NCBI GenBank assembly: GCA_913046215.1
Contig: CAJWRJ010000001.1
Location: 72,897-136,896 of the forward strand
DNA from: an uncultured Legionellales bacterium
GTDB taxonomy: Bacteria; Pseudomonadota; Gammaproteobacteria; Eutrophobiales; Eutrophobiaceae
Direction of reading: 5' to 3'
DNA: 64,000 bases
Shown here: positions 1 to 12,462 of the stretch, in pieces
How positions within the stretch are numbered: the stretch's first letter is position 1
Layout: each line of letters starts with the position of its first letter
Program-made: the position numbers and the translations under genes
Notes under the pieces: generated by a model
Database searches by the model: none
The model's input: only the letters and a program-made list of their open reading frames with translations
Told to the model about the DNA's origin: nothing

Positions 1-273
1 TTAATTAGCCACAGAACGATTCTAGTTAATGATCATAGTGTGAATATACCGTCTTTTCAAATTAGACCTAGTGATAAAGTCACGATTAGAGAAAAAGGTA
101 AAAAACAATTAAGAATTAAAGATGCTTTAAGTGTCGCGGAGCAATATGGTTTTCCAGATTGGGTTGAAGTTGACCCCAAAAATATGGAAGGTACTTTTAA
201 ATCAGTACCCGAGAGAAGTGAGCTACCTTCCGAAATTAATGAACAGCTGGTTGTCGAATTGTATTCAAAGTAA
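1..273 (+). CDS. rpsD: 30S ribosomal protein S4, C-terminal part (5' end lies outside the window)
   Basis: Frame is open from nt 1 ([32 protein letters not shown]...[10 protein letters not shown]). This matches the S4 C-terminus and sits in the canonical rpsD-rpoA-rplQ order. Confidence 0.9.
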   Translation, partial: LISHRTILVNDHSVNIPSFQIRPSDKVTIREKGKKQLRIKDALSVAEQYGFPDWVEVDPKNMEGTFKSVPERSELPSEINEQLVVELYSK

Positions 274-297
274 TTTACGTGTGGAGGATTATTACGC

Positions 298-1302
298 ATG
301 TCAACAACAATGAAAGAACTTTTAAAACCTAGTAAATGCACAGTAAACGAAAAGGATAATAATACTTCAGAAATTATTATCGAACCATTAGAAAGAGGTT
401 TTGGGCATACTCTTGGTAATGCATTGCGTCGAGTTTTATTATCATCCATGCCTGGTTGTGCAGTTACAGAACTTGAGATTTTAGAGCCCGAAGTTTTACA
501 TGAATATACAACTATGGAAGGTGTTCAGGAAGATGTTACAGATATTATTCTCAATCTAAAAGGTTTAGCTATCATTATGCACTCAAAGGATGAGGCAACA
601 CTTACTTTGAAAAAAAGCGGACCTGGGGAGGTATGCGCTAGAGATATAACTGTTGACCATGATGTTGAGATTGCGAATCCTGAGCACGTAATTGCAAATT
701 TGACTAAGGCAGGTCAATTAAGCATGGTAATGAAAGTTGTTCGTAGTCGAGGTTACAAACCTGTTATTGCTGGAGGAAAAGACGATGAGCAGACTATAGG
801 AAAAATAAAGTTAGATGCTTCGTATAGTCCAGTTACGCGTGTTTCTTATGATGTTGGTAACGCTCGTGTTGAACAACGCACAGATTTGGATAAACTGATT
901 TTACAGTTGGAGACAGATGGAACAATAGATCCAAATGATGCTATTCGTGAAGCTGCAACAATATTGAGAAATCAGTTAGTTATATTTGTTGATCTTGAGG
1001 CAGAAGAAGCAATAGAGGCAAGCAAGAGTAGTGAGCCCGAAATTGATCCAATTTTACTAAGGCCGGTAGATGATCTTGAATTGACTGTTCGTTCAGCAAA
1101 TTGTCTGAAAGCAGAGAGTATTTATTACATTGGTGATTTAATCCAACGTACCGAAGTTGAGTTATTGAAAACACCAAATTTAGGAAAAAAGTCGTTAACA
1201 GAAATAAAAGATATATTAGCATCGCGCGGATTATCATTAGGTATGCATTTGGATAATTGGCCACCAAGTGGGTTCAATAATCAGGAAGCATTATCAGTAT
1301 AA
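298..1302 (+). CDS. rpoA: DNA-directed RNA polymerase alpha subunit
   Basis: 334 aa. Carries [30 protein letters not shown] and the C-terminal domain [21 protein letters not shown]...[22 protein letters not shown], near-identical to E. coli RpoA. A GGAGGA ribosome-binding site lies upstream. Confidence 0.97.
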   Translation: MSTTMKELLKPSKCTVNEKDNNTSEIIIEPLERGFGHTLGNALRRVLLSSMPGCAVTELEILEPEVLHEYTTMEGVQEDVTDIILNLKGLAIIMHSKDEATLTLKKSGPGEVCARDITVDHDVEIANPEHVIANLTKAGQLSMVMKVVRSRGYKPVIAGGKDDEQTIGKIKLDASYSPVTRVSYDVGNARVEQRTDLDKLILQLETDGTIDPNDAIREAATILRNQLVIFVDLEAEEAIEASKSSEPEIDPILLRPVDDLELTVRSANCLKAESIYYIGDLIQRTEVELLKTPNLGKKSLTEIKDILASRGLSLGMHLDNWPPSGFNNQEALSV

Positions 1303-1320
1303 TTTAAAGAGGAATAATTA

Positions 1321-1704
1321 ATGCGTCATCGTGAAAGTGGTAGGAAATTAAATCGTAATAGCTCTCATCGTAAAGCTATGTTTAGGAATATGGCTGCGTC
1401 ACTTATCGAGCATGAAATAATAAAAACTACTTTGCCAAAAGCCAAAGAATTAAGACGTGTTGCCGAGCCACTCATAACGATGGCTAAAATCGATAGTGTG
1501 GCTAAGAGACGTATAGCATTTTCTCGCATTCGCGATAGAAATGTCGTAACAAAACTATTTAATGAATTAGGCCCACGATATAAGAAGCGACCCGGCGGAT
1601 ATTTGCGTATATTGAAATGCGGTTTTCGTTCGGGAGATAAAGCTCCGATGGCAATTGTTGAGTTAGTTGACCGACCTGAATTATCTGATAATAGTGAAAA
1701 GTAA
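1321..1704 (+). CDS. rplQ: 50S ribosomal protein L17
   Basis: 127 aa, [47 protein letters not shown]. Strong L17 match, positioned after rpoA. Confidence 0.97.
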   Translation: MRHRESGRKLNRNSSHRKAMFRNMAASLIEHEIIKTTLPKAKELRRVAEPLITMAKIDSVAKRRIAFSRIRDRNVVTKLFNELGPRYKKRPGGYLRILKCGFRSGDKAPMAIVELVDRPELSDNSEK

Positions 1705-1724
1705 ATTACTTATATCTAAATTTA

Positions 1725-3182
1725 TTAGTTATCTAATTTTTTTCTTAATAATTCATTCACTTGCGAAGGATTAGCTTTACCCTTAGATTTTTTCATAACT
1801 TTACCTACAAAGAAGCCAATAAGTTTCTGTTTTTTTTCATCTGAAGAGTTTTTATATTGTTCAACTTGCGGCTTATTTTCAGTAATCGTTTCGGTAACAA
1901 TTTTTTCAATTTCTTTTGAGTCTGTAACTTGTTGTAAATTTTTATTTTCAATTATTTCTTTAGCATTACCATCACCATTCCACATTGCTTCAAAAACTAC
2001 TTTTGCTATTTTTCCAGAAATTGTATTATTTTTTATTAGATTAATCATTTCCCCGAGCATTTTTGCAGAAACTGGGCTATCTTTTAAATTAATATTATTT
2101 TTATTCAAAGAGGCTGAAAGATCTCCCATAATCCAGTTGGCGCACATTTTTGCTTCCTTTGTAATTCTAAAAGTTTCTTCAAAATAATTAGCAATATCAG
2201 GATTGATTGTTAAATTATTGCTATCATACTTAGATAGATCTAGCTCACTTATGTAGCGTTTACGTTTAATATCGGGCAATTCTGGTATTTCTTCTTTAAT
2301 TTTTTTCTTTGTTTCATCCGTAATTAGTATAGGTAACAAATCTGGATCTGGAAAATATCTATAGTCATTAGCTTCTTCTTTACTTCTCATTGAACGCGTT
2401 TCATTTTTATTTGGATCATATAAGCGGGTTTCCTGAACGACCTTTTTTCCTGATTCAATCAATTCTATTTGACGATCAACCTCATAATTAATTGCAGCTT
2501 CAATAAATTTAAAAGAATTAAGATTTTTTATTTCTGCACGAATACCCAATTCTTCTTTATCAATAGGTCTAATTGAAACATTTGCATCACAACGAAAGGA
2601 GCCTTCCTGCATATTACCGTCACAAATCTTCAAATATTGGACAAGTGAATGTATCTTTTTCAAGTAATTAACAGCTTCTTTTGCGTTATTCATATCAGGC
2701 TCAGAAACAATCTCAAGAAGCGGATTACCTGCACGATTAAGATCAACTCCAGTATTGTTTAAAAAATCATCATGGTTTGATTTTCCAGCATCCTCCTCCA
2801 AATGCGCTCTTGTAATTCTGATAATCTTCTTATTATTTTCATCGATATCAATTTCTATTTGACCATTACTGACAATCGGTAACTCGAATTGACTTATTTG
2901 ATATCCTTTTGGAAGATCAGGATAAAAGTAATTTTTTCTTGCAAAAATAGATTTTTTAGGAATCTCCGCACCAATTGCTAAGCCAAATTTTACTGCCATA
3001 AAAATTGCTTGTTCATTAATTACTGGTAAAACACCGGGCAAACCTAAGTCTACTGCATTAGCTTGTGTATTTGGAGCAGCACCATATTTTGTTGATGAAC
3101 CTGAAAAAATTTTACTTTTTGTTGCTAATTGGGCGTGTATTTCAAGCCCTATAATAGTCTGCCATTCCGTATTTTTATTCAT
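1725..3182 (-). CDS. gatB: Asp/Glu-tRNA amidotransferase subunit B
   Basis: 485 aa, starting [22 protein letters not shown]...GLPGVLPV. Shares an 8-nt overlap with gatA upstream. Confidence 0.95.
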   Translation of the reverse strand: MNKNTEWQTIIGLEIHAQLATKSKIFSGSSTKYGAAPNTQANAVDLGLPGVLPVINEQAIFMAVKFGLAIGAEIPKKSIFARKNYFYPDLPKGYQISQFELPIVSNGQIEIDIDENNKKIIRITRAHLEEDAGKSNHDDFLNNTGVDLNRAGNPLLEIVSEPDMNNAKEAVNYLKKIHSLVQYLKICDGNMQEGSFRCDANVSIRPIDKEELGIRAEIKNLNSFKFIEAAINYEVDRQIELIESGKKVVQETRLYDPNKNETRSMRSKEEANDYRYFPDPDLLPILITDETKKKIKEEIPELPDIKRKRYISELDLSKYDSNNLTINPDIANYFEETFRITKEAKMCANWIMGDLSASLNKNNINLKDSPVSAKMLGEMINLIKNNTISGKIAKVVFEAMWNGDGNAKEIIENKNLQQVTDSKEIEKIVTETITENKPQVEQYKNSSDEKKQKLIGFFVGKVMKKSKGKANPSQVNELLRKKLDN

Positions 3183-4629
3183 ATTTTTTTGGTATTTTTT
3201 TGTGCCAGTCAGTGGCTTTTTGATACTGATGGGCTACATTTATTATAAGTGATTCTTGAAAATGATTACCAATCAGCTGCATTCCGACTGGTAATTCGTT
3301 AATAAAACCAGAGGGAATCGAGATAGCTGGTAATCCAGCGAGATTTGCCGAAACAGTATATATATCTGAAAGGTACATGCTTATTGGATCATTAAGTTTT
3401 TCATTTAATCTAAAGGCGGTTCCAGTTGTCGTTGGTCCTGCTAAAAGATCAACTTTATCAAAAACTTCCTTAAAATCATTACGTATTATTTGTCTAACTT
3501 TTTGTGCTTTTAAATAATATGCATCGTAATAACCAGCTGATAAAACATACGTACCGATCATTATTCGCCTTTTTACCTCTTTTCCGAATCCTTCTTGCCG
3601 ACTTCGACAATATAGATCTTTCAAATCTTTTGGTTCATTGCAACGATGACCAAAACGTATGCCATCATAACGAGATAAGTTAGATGAACATTCGGCTGGA
3701 GCAACAACATAATATGCAGGAATAGATAGTTCTGTGTGAGGTAAATCAACATCAATAAATTTAGCACCTAATTTTTCAAGTTCTTTAATTCCATTTTCTA
3801 CTAAGTTTGCAACATCATTATTTAAATTTTTATCAAAGTATTGTTGTGGAAGCCCAATCTTCAATCCCTTAATTGAGTCATTTAGGTTTTTTGTGTAATC
3901 TTCTATTTTATTATTTGCTGATGTTGAATCATTTCCATCATAACCTGCAATAACATTCATAATTAATGCTACATCTTCTGCTGTTTGCGCCATTGGTCCT
4001 CCTTGATCAAGACTGGAGGCAAAGGCTATCATTCCGTAACGGGAAACTCTTCCGTATGTCGGCTTTAGTCCTGTTATTCCACAAAATGATGCTGGTTGTC
4101 TTATTGAGCCACCAGTATCAGTGCCAGTAGCCGCTGGACATAATCTGGCAGCAACAGCACTTGCAGACCCACCAGATGACCCCCCTGGCACATTATCATT
4201 ATTCCATGGATTTTTTGCAGGCCCAAAGAAACTTGTTTCGTTTGATGAGCCCATTGCAAACTCATCCATATTAGTCTTCCCTAACATGACAAAACCATTT
4301 TCATTCATTTTTTTGACTAGCGTTGCATCGTATGGCGCTATAAAATTACTTAGCATTTTAGAACCACAGGTTGTCTTAACTCCATTTGTACAAAATATAT
4401 CTTTTTGTGCAACAGGCACACCTGTTAGCAATGTGTGATTACCCCTAGCACGATTTTTGTCAGCAATCTTTGCTTTTTTTATTGCTTCGTCTTCAGTAAT
4501 TGTAATAAAGCAATTTAATGAAACATTATGCTTTTTGCAGCGCTCAATATAGCCACGAATTAATTCTTCGCTACTTATCTTTTTTGATTCTAGAGCTGAT
4601 GAGAGTTCTGCTAGCGTAGATTGATGCAT
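3175..4629 (-). CDS. gatA: Glu-tRNA(Gln) amidotransferase subunit A
   Basis: 484 aa with the amidase signature [36 protein letters not shown]. Confidence 0.95.
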   Translation of the reverse strand: MHQSTLAELSSALESKKISSEELIRGYIERCKKHNVSLNCFITITEDEAIKKAKIADKNRARGNHTLLTGVPVAQKDIFCTNGVKTTCGSKMLSNFIAPYDATLVKKMNENGFVMLGKTNMDEFAMGSSNETSFFGPAKNPWNNDNVPGGSSGGSASAVAARLCPAATGTDTGGSIRQPASFCGITGLKPTYGRVSRYGMIAFASSLDQGGPMAQTAEDVALIMNVIAGYDGNDSTSANNKIEDYTKNLNDSIKGLKIGLPQQYFDKNLNNDVANLVENGIKELEKLGAKFIDVDLPHTELSIPAYYVVAPAECSSNLSRYDGIRFGHRCNEPKDLKDLYCRSRQEGFGKEVKRRIMIGTYVLSAGYYDAYYLKAQKVRQIIRNDFKEVFDKVDLLAGPTTTGTAFRLNEKLNDPISMYLSDIYTVSANLAGLPAISIPSGFINELPVGMQLIGNHFQESLIINVAHQYQKATDWHKKIPKKYE

Positions 4630-4663
4630 ATTAATAATATTTTTAATTCGTTTTTCTAGTCGG

Positions 4664-4951
4664 TTATTCTATTACTTTGGGAACGAGGTAGTACCCGTCT
4701 TTTGTTTCCGTAGCATTTGCTTGGAAATTCTCACGTTCATTTTTTTCTGTAACATTATCAGTTCTTAGGCGTGAAAATAGGTCGAGCGGATGAGCAAGTG
4801 GCTCTATACTTGCTGTATCAACCGAATTCATTTTTTCGATTAAATCTATAATATCAGCCAATTCCTTACAGTGACTAGCAATGTCGTCCTCGTCTATTGT
4901 CAGCCTAGCTAGTAGCGCAATATTTTGAATTTCAGATTTATCGAGAGACAT
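4664..4951 (-). CDS. gatC: Glu-tRNA(Gln) amidotransferase subunit C
   Basis: 95 aa. GatC-like sequence ([36 protein letters not shown]) positioned directly upstream of gatA. Confidence 0.9.
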   Translation of the reverse strand: MSLDKSEIQNIALLARLTIDEDDIASHCKELADIIDLIEKMNSVDTASIEPLAHPLDLFSRLRTDNVTEKNERENFQANATETKDGYYLVPKVIE

Positions 4952-5057
4952 ATAAGTAGTTGTTCTTATTTATTGAAAAAATTAGAGTTTTTTACGTTTC
5001 TTGTGCTTGCTCAAAGCTTCGCCCATTGATACAGTTACACTACAGATTGTCATATGA

Positions 5058-6245
<1,188 letters not shown>

Positions 6246-6286
6246 TACAGGAGAGTTTTCATATTAGCGATTTATTTCGAAAAGGA

Positions 6287-7126
6287 GTGTCGATAAATGC
6301 TTCCTTTTTTTTCTTTTTGGCATTATCAATTACAATTATTTATTTTGATAATCAAAAAAATGCTCTAAAAACAGCCCGTTCTTTCATTTCAACCCTTATT
6401 CACCCAGTAGAGATAATAGCTAGTTTTCCATATAAAATTAAAGATAGTGTTTCAGCTTTATTAGTTTCTCATCAAACTTTATCGTCAGATAATGAGAAAT
6501 TAATAGAAGAGCTGCTTCTGTTAAGAACAAGATTACAGCAATACGAAATTATTGAGTCTGAAAATCGTCGATTACGTAAATTGTTAGAATCGTCCTTCCG
6601 CCTCAAAAATAAGATTTTATTGGCTCAATTAGTTGCAGTTCAATTAGATTCATTTCAAAAAAAAATAGTTATAGATAAAGGAGAGAATGACTTAGCCTAT
6701 GAAGGTCAGCCGGTGGTTGACTCTGGTGGCATAGTTGGTCAAATCATTGAAACCAATCCTTTCTCTAGCACAGTTTTATTGATCACTGATCCAAATCACG
6801 GTTTACCTGTTCAGATTGATAGAAATAGTTTACGTGCTAATGCTATTGGTTCAGGGGAGGGCGATAAATTAATACTTGAAAATTTGCCTAACCCATTAGT
6901 TACAGATTCTGAAGTTCCAAATTGTTGCGATATCATGGTTGGAGATTTAGTAGTTTCCTCGGGACTTGCGCGAGTATTTCCTAGGAATTTTCCTGTAGGC
7001 GAAGTAGAAGAAATAAAACAAGATATTAGCAAATCGACAACAACAATTATTGTCAAACCTTTTGCTCAATTTGCAAATATAAGAGAAGTTTTAATGGTAT
7101 GGCCAAATGAATATAAAGAACAGTAA
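6287..7126 (+). CDS. mreC: rod-shape determining protein MreC
   Basis: 279 aa with an N-terminal TM helix, a coiled-coil (LLLLRTRLQQYEIIESENRRLRKLL) and a beta-rich C-terminal domain. Lies between mreB and mreD. Confidence 0.85.
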   Translation: MSINASFFFFLALSITIIYFDNQKNALKTARSFISTLIHPVEIIASFPYKIKDSVSALLVSHQTLSSDNEKLIEELLLLRTRLQQYEIIESENRRLRKLLESSFRLKNKILLAQLVAVQLDSFQKKIVIDKGENDLAYEGQPVVDSGGIVGQIIETNPFSSTVLLITDPNHGLPVQIDRNSLRANAIGSGEGDKLILENLPNPLVTDSEVPNCCDIMVGDLVVSSGLARVFPRNFPVGEVEEIKQDISKSTTTIIVKPFAQFANIREVLMVWPNEYKEQ

Positions 7127-7185
7127 ATAAATTTTACGAGGTAAAAAACATTCATAATCGAATAAAAAGCAATTTACTAATAGCC

Positions 7186-7635
7186 ATGACATTTGCTCTT
7201 GGTTTCGTTTTATCTGCTATTCCAATTCCTGAAGCAGTTAGTAATTGGCGACCATCTTTGGTGCCACTAATTTTAATTTATTGGTGTATGGCTTTACCAA
7301 ACAGAGTTGGGATAAAATCAGCTTGGATTTTAGGAATGTTATTTGACGTACAGAAAAGTTTTGTATTGGGACAACATGCAATAGGCTTCATTTTTTTGGC
7401 GTATATAATAATAAGAAACCATAAACGTATGAGAGTGTATCCATTACCACAACAGGCTGTTATAGTCTTAATATATTTATTAATATATAAAAGCATAATG
7501 TTATCCATTATGTTTTTATCTGGATCTTTTCACTTCACTTGGTCTTATTGGCTACCAATTGCTAGTAGCGTAATATTATGGCCATTTTTATTTTTGGGCA
7601 TGAGACTTTTTCGACGTAGATATGATATATCTTAA
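7186..7635 (+). CDS. mreD: rod-shape determining protein MreD
   Basis: 149 aa polytopic membrane protein immediately after mreC. Confidence 0.8.
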   Translation: MTFALGFVLSAIPIPEAVSNWRPSLVPLILIYWCMALPNRVGIKSAWILGMLFDVQKSFVLGQHAIGFIFLAYIIIRNHKRMRVYPLPQQAVIVLIYLLIYKSIMLSIMFLSGSFHFTWSYWLPIASSVILWPFLFLGMRLFRRRYDIS

Positions 7636-7662
7636 CTAGAAATTCACAACGAAAAATAACTG

Positions 7663-9555
7663 ATGAGTTTTTTCCCTAAAGATCGAGTTGAATTTATCCT
7701 TAAAGATAGAGATAAAGAATCTTCAATTATAAAAAAGCGTATATATATAGCCGCGTTTATAATCATCGTGCTTTTTATTGGACTTATTTCAAGGCTATTT
7801 TTTCTTGCCGTGATTCAAAACGAACATTATACAACCCTATCTAAAACTAACCGTCAAAAAATTTTACCTATAGCTCCAATTAGAGGAATGATCTATAGCA
7901 GAGAAGGAATAATTCTCGCTGAAAATAAACCAATGTATAGCCTCCAGGTAATTCCAGAAAAAATAACTGATGTTGATCAATTAATAATTGATCTACGAGA
8001 AATAATTCACATAGATGATAAAGATATTGAAAGATTTAAATTTCTATCAAATAAAAAAAGACGTTTTGAAAGAATTTCTATAAAAGAAAACTTAAACGAG
8101 ATAGAAGTCGCATTATTTTCCGTAAACAGGCACCGTTTTTCAAGTGTAGATGTTGTTGAAAGTTTTTTTAGGCATTACCCGTTAGGAAAGAGCCTTGCAC
8201 ATAGTATTGGTTACGTTGCAAGGATTGATGAAGATGATCTTAATAGTATTTCTAAGTCAGGACTAAATTCAAACTATATTGCCACCACTCATATTGGTAA
8301 AGTTGGAATTGAAAAGTCATACGAATCATATTTGCATGGCAAGGTTGGGTATCAAAAAGTTGAAGTTAATGCTGAAGGCAGAGTGATTCGTGTTTTGGAA
8401 AAAACTAATCCTCAGCCAGGTAAGAATCTTTATTTATCTATTGATTTATCATTACAAGATATTGCTATAAAGTCTTTAGGAGATAGAAAAGGTGCAATTG
8501 TTGCTATGGATCCACGTAATGGTGATGTTCTAGCTTTAGTTAGTTCGCCTAGCTATGATCCAAATGAATTTTCAAGCGGTATAGATACATCCATCTACAA
8601 ATTATTATTATCATCAGAAAACAAACCTTTAGTAAATAGAGCGCTTCAGGGAAAATACCCACCTGGTTCTACGATCAAACCTTTTTTAGGGTTAATAGCA
8701 TTAGATAATGAAGTAGTAGCGTTGCAAGAAGAGGTTTGGTGCCCAGGGTGGTTCTCCTTGGAAGGTCATGAACATCGTTATCGTGACTGGAAGAAAGAAG
8801 GACATGGTCATACTAATTTGAATAAGGCAATAGTAGAGTCATGCGATGTTTTCTTCTATCAATTGGCTTATCAATTAGGAATTGATCAAATACATAAAAG
8901 TTTATCAACTTTTGGCTTTGGTGCCTCTAGCGGGGTAGATATTACAGGTGAAAAATCTGGGTTGTTACCTTCAAGAGAATGGAAGAAAAAGAAAAATAAA
9001 GGAGCCTGGTTCCCAGGCGAGACATTAATCATAGGCATTGGTCAGGGTTATTCATTAACAACACCCGTGCAATTAGCAGCAGCAACTTCTGTGATAGCAA
9101 ATAAGGGTAAATTATACAAACCCAAACTAGTTTCGGGCATTAGTAGCCAGGGCGAACAAGGTGTGATTGTGTTGCCAAATAACATACAAAGTAAAATTGA
9201 ATTAAAAAATAGCGCTTATTGGGAAGAGATTACTAACTCAATGAGAAGCGTAGTTCATAGCACAAGCGGCACAGCGTGGAAAAGCGGTCTAAATGCCGAA
9301 TATACTTTTGCCGGTAAAACAGGGACTGCACAGATTATAGGAATTGATCAAGAAAGTGAGTACAAGGAGGAGGAGATTCCGGATGATTTGAAAGATCATG
9401 CACTTTTTATAGCATTTGCTCCTGTCGAGCAACCTGAGATTGCTGTTGCAATAATTGTAGAAAATGGAGGGGGCGGGTCAAAAACTGCTGCACCAATTGC
9501 GAGAAAAATGTTTGATAATTATTTCTTAAATAAGAGCATAAGTAAAAATGAGTGA
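7663..9555 (+). CDS. mrdA: penicillin-binding protein 2 (peptidoglycan D,D-transpeptidase)
   Basis: 630 aa with an N-terminal TM helix, SxxK (GSTIKP), SCDVFFYQLA and KTGTAQ motifs. Confidence 0.93.
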   Translation: MSFFPKDRVEFILKDRDKESSIIKKRIYIAAFIIIVLFIGLISRLFFLAVIQNEHYTTLSKTNRQKILPIAPIRGMIYSREGIILAENKPMYSLQVIPEKITDVDQLIIDLREIIHIDDKDIERFKFLSNKKRRFERISIKENLNEIEVALFSVNRHRFSSVDVVESFFRHYPLGKSLAHSIGYVARIDEDDLNSISKSGLNSNYIATTHIGKVGIEKSYESYLHGKVGYQKVEVNAEGRVIRVLEKTNPQPGKNLYLSIDLSLQDIAIKSLGDRKGAIVAMDPRNGDVLALVSSPSYDPNEFSSGIDTSIYKLLLSSENKPLVNRALQGKYPPGSTIKPFLGLIALDNEVVALQEEVWCPGWFSLEGHEHRYRDWKKEGHGHTNLNKAIVESCDVFFYQLAYQLGIDQIHKSLSTFGFGASSGVDITGEKSGLLPSREWKKKKNKGAWFPGETLIIGIGQGYSLTTPVQLAAATSVIANKGKLYKPKLVSGISSQGEQGVIVLPNNIQSKIELKNSAYWEEITNSMRSVVHSTSGTAWKSGLNAEYTFAGKTGTAQIIGIDQESEYKEEEIPDDLKDHALFIAFAPVEQPEIAVAIIVENGGGGSKTAAPIARKMFDNYFLNKSISKNE

Positions 9556-10639
9556 ACATGCTTTTAGTAACAAAGTGCATATTGATTTTATACTCATATT
9601 GCTTATTTTTTCGCTATGTTTATTTGGCCTAGTTATATTATATAGTGCCAGCGGTCAAAATATAGATCTAGTTTATAGCCAGGCGGTGAAATTATTAATT
9701 GCTTTGTTATGTATGATACTTGTTGCTCAAATCCCGCCGGCTAATTTAAATCGGTTGTCTTTTTTGTTGTATTTTTCTGGTGTTATTCTTCTTGTATTTG
9801 TAATCTTTTTTGGCGATATTGGTAAAGGTGCGCAACGCTGGCTAGATTTGAAAATTTTGCGTTTTCAACCATCCGAATTAATGAAGATAGCAGTGCCTAT
9901 TTTACTTTCGTCGTATCTTTCAGAAAGATTTTTACCGCCTAAATTTATAAGAATCATTTTATCTTGCATTTTTATAGTGATACCGGTCATTCTGATTGCT
10001 AAACAACCAGATCTTGGTACTGCTTTGCTAGTAGCTGTGGCAGGTTTTTCTGTTATTTTTATTGCAGGAATTTCATGGCGTTTCTTGTTATATATGGCTA
10101 TTATTTTCTCATCATGCATACCAATATTTTGGCACTTTATGCGTGATTATCAAAAGCAGAGGGTATTGACTTTTTTGGATCCCGAGAGCGATCCCCTCGG
10201 TGCTGGTTATCATATTATTCAATCAAAGATAGCCATTGGTTCTGGGGGATTCACAGGAAAAGGATGGTTAAATGGCACGCAATCGCATCTTGAATTTTTA
10301 CCAGAGCGTTCAACAGACTTCATATTTGCTGTTTTGTGTGAAGAATTCGGCATGTTAGGAGTGATATTACTCTTACTTATTTACTTACTAATAATTATAA
10401 GAGGATTATACATTTCATATAAAGCTCAAGATGCTTTTCGTCAGTTACTTGCTGCCGGCATAACGCTTACTTTTTTTGTTTATATTATTGTTAATATGGG
10501 TATGGTTGCAGGCCAGCTTCCTGTTGTTGGTGTTCCTCTACCACTAGTTAGTTTTGGAGGGACATCTATTGTTACATTAATGATAGGTTTCGGTATTTTA
10601 ATGTCTATACATACACACAAAAGATTTTTAAAACGGTAG
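9548..10639 (+). CDS. mrdB: peptidoglycan glycosyltransferase RodA
   Basis: 363 aa FtsW/RodA/SpoVE-family polytopic protein. Overlaps the mrdA stop. Confidence 0.92.
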   Translation: MSEHAFSNKVHIDFILILLIFSLCLFGLVILYSASGQNIDLVYSQAVKLLIALLCMILVAQIPPANLNRLSFLLYFSGVILLVFVIFFGDIGKGAQRWLDLKILRFQPSELMKIAVPILLSSYLSERFLPPKFIRIILSCIFIVIPVILIAKQPDLGTALLVAVAGFSVIFIAGISWRFLLYMAIIFSSCIPIFWHFMRDYQKQRVLTFLDPESDPLGAGYHIIQSKIAIGSGGFTGKGWLNGTQSHLEFLPERSTDFIFAVLCEEFGMLGVILLLLIYLLIIIRGLYISYKAQDAFRQLLAAGITLTFFVYIIVNMGMVAGQLPVVGVPLPLVSFGGTSIVTLMIGFGILMSIHTHKRFLKR

Positions 10640-10650
10640 TTTATTCTATT

Positions 10651-11637
10651 ATGAAAAAATTCTGCATTATAAATATAATATTTTTATTCTTGGTATCGTC
10701 AACCACATATTCAAAAGATATTTATTCTGTTGGTGAATTTATTTCTCACATGCAAGATGCACATGGATTTGATGAAGAGAAACTAATTACATTATTTGAT
10801 AATGCCACCATTTCAGAATCTATTTTAGAGGCTATACAGAGACCTGCTGAAAAGAAATTGGTATGGCATCAATATCGTAAAATCTTTATAAAGAAAAAAA
10901 GAATAGAAGAGGGTTTAAAGTTTTGGAAAAATAATGAATCTACCTTAAGAAGAGCGGAAGAGAAATTTGGTGTTCCGGCAGAAATAATAGTTGCGATTAT
11001 TGGCGTAGAAACATTTTATGGCAGGATCTCTGGGAGTTATCGTGTCATTGATGCATTGAACACACTTGCATTTCATTATCCAAAACGAGCACCTTTTTTT
11101 CGTTCCGAGTTAGAGCATTTTTTACTACTTACTAGAGAGCAAAAATTTGATCCAAACAATTTGAAGGGATCCTATGCGGGGGCGATGGGAATGCCACAAT
11201 TTATATCGAGTAGCTATCGTCATTATGCTGTTGATTTTGACAATGATAATGTAATTGATATCTGGAATAATACAGATGATGTAATTGGGAGCGTTGCTAA
11301 TTATTTTTCAAGGCATGGCTGGAAGAGTGGCAAGTCAATTATTTCGAAGGTCACTATTGAGGGTGAAAGATATGAAGAAATTCTCAATAATAAGTTAGAA
11401 CTCAATATAAAAGCATCAGATTTAAAAAAATATGGAATAAAAACTAATTTATCATTCAATAGCAATGAAAGGCTTAAACTATTTGAATATAAATTAGAAA
11501 ATTCTTCTGAATATTGGTTAGCTGAAAATAATTTTTATGTAATAACACGATATAATCATAGCAAGCTCTATGCAATGGCAGTTTATCAACTAGCATTGGA
11601 AGTAAAAAAACTTAAAGATAATAATGTTATACACTAG
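10651..11637 (+). CDS. mltB: lytic murein transglycosylase B-like
   Basis: 328 aa with a signal peptide and the motifs GVPAEIIVAIIGVETFYGR and AGAMGMPQFISSSY, typical of the MltB/Slt35 family. Confidence 0.8.
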   Translation: MKKFCIINIIFLFLVSSTTYSKDIYSVGEFISHMQDAHGFDEEKLITLFDNATISESILEAIQRPAEKKLVWHQYRKIFIKKKRIEEGLKFWKNNESTLRRAEEKFGVPAEIIVAIIGVETFYGRISGSYRVIDALNTLAFHYPKRAPFFRSELEHFLLLTREQKFDPNNLKGSYAGAMGMPQFISSSYRHYAVDFDNDNVIDIWNNTDDVIGSVANYFSRHGWKSGKSIISKVTIEGERYEEILNNKLELNIKASDLKKYGIKTNLSFNSNERLKLFEYKLENSSEYWLAENNFYVITRYNHSKLYAMAVYQLALEVKKLKDNNVIH

Positions 11638-12445
11638 TAAACTCAAAGCGAATTTATTTGCTATACTTTTCTTCTCTTTATTAACCTCTTGTAGCCGTCT
11701 TGATAAAGTAGTTACTATAGAGGACGCAGCGCCGGATAAACATATTGATGTTTCTAATATTCCAAATGCCAAACCTAAAGTGGAGCCAAAAAGTCGTTAT
11801 GGTAATCCTGAATCATATGTTGTTTTTGGCAAACGCTATTATGTAAAAGACAGTAGCAAAGGATATGTTGAAACGGGTATAGCCTCATGGTATGGCACTA
11901 AATTTCATGGCAGACGAACTTCAAGTGGAGAGACATACGATATGTATGCGATGACTGCGGCACATAAGACTCTTCCTTTGCCCACATATGTTGAGGTAAA
12001 AAATTTGAATAATGGGAGATCAATCATAGTTAAGGTAAATGATAGAGGTCCGTTTCATGAAAATCGCATTATTGATCTTTCGTATACGGCTGCAATCAAA
12101 CTTGATATCGTAAAAAAAGGGACGGGTTTAGTAAAAGTCAGAGCAATTAATCCAAAAAATAAACAAGATGATTTAGTTAGAGATCAAGTTAAGGAAACAA
12201 TAAAAACCAATACCAACTTTTATATTCAAGTAGGTACATTCAGTGAGCTAAGAAATGCTAAAATGATGAGACAAAAACTCTCATCATTTGGTAGTAATTT
12301 AGTTAAAATAAGTGATGTTGTCATTTCAGGTGAGACATTGTATCGTGTATTAATTGGACCATTTACGGATAGCAATGTCTCCGACGAAATCGTTTCTAAG
12401 TTATCTAGTTTTGATATTTTCGAATATCGTATTGTAATAAAATAA
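11624..12445 (+). CDS. rlpA: septal ring lytic transglycosylase RlpA (DPBB + SPOR domains)
   Basis: 273 aa. Lipoprotein-like signal (LLTSCS), a DPBB core (SWYGTKFHGRRTSSGETYDMYAMTAAHKTLPLPTYVEV...NDRGPF) and a C-terminal SPOR domain (FYIQVGTFSELRNA). Confidence 0.88.
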   Translation: MLYTSKLKANLFAILFFSLLTSCSRLDKVVTIEDAAPDKHIDVSNIPNAKPKVEPKSRYGNPESYVVFGKRYYVKDSSKGYVETGIASWYGTKFHGRRTSSGETYDMYAMTAAHKTLPLPTYVEVKNLNNGRSIIVKVNDRGPFHENRIIDLSYTAAIKLDIVKKGTGLVKVRAINPKNKQDDLVRDQVKETIKTNTNFYIQVGTFSELRNAKMMRQKLSSFGSNLVKISDVVISGETLYRVLIGPFTDSNVSDEIVSKLSSFDIFEYRIVIK

Positions 12446-12462
12446 TCAAGTGTAAGATCAAT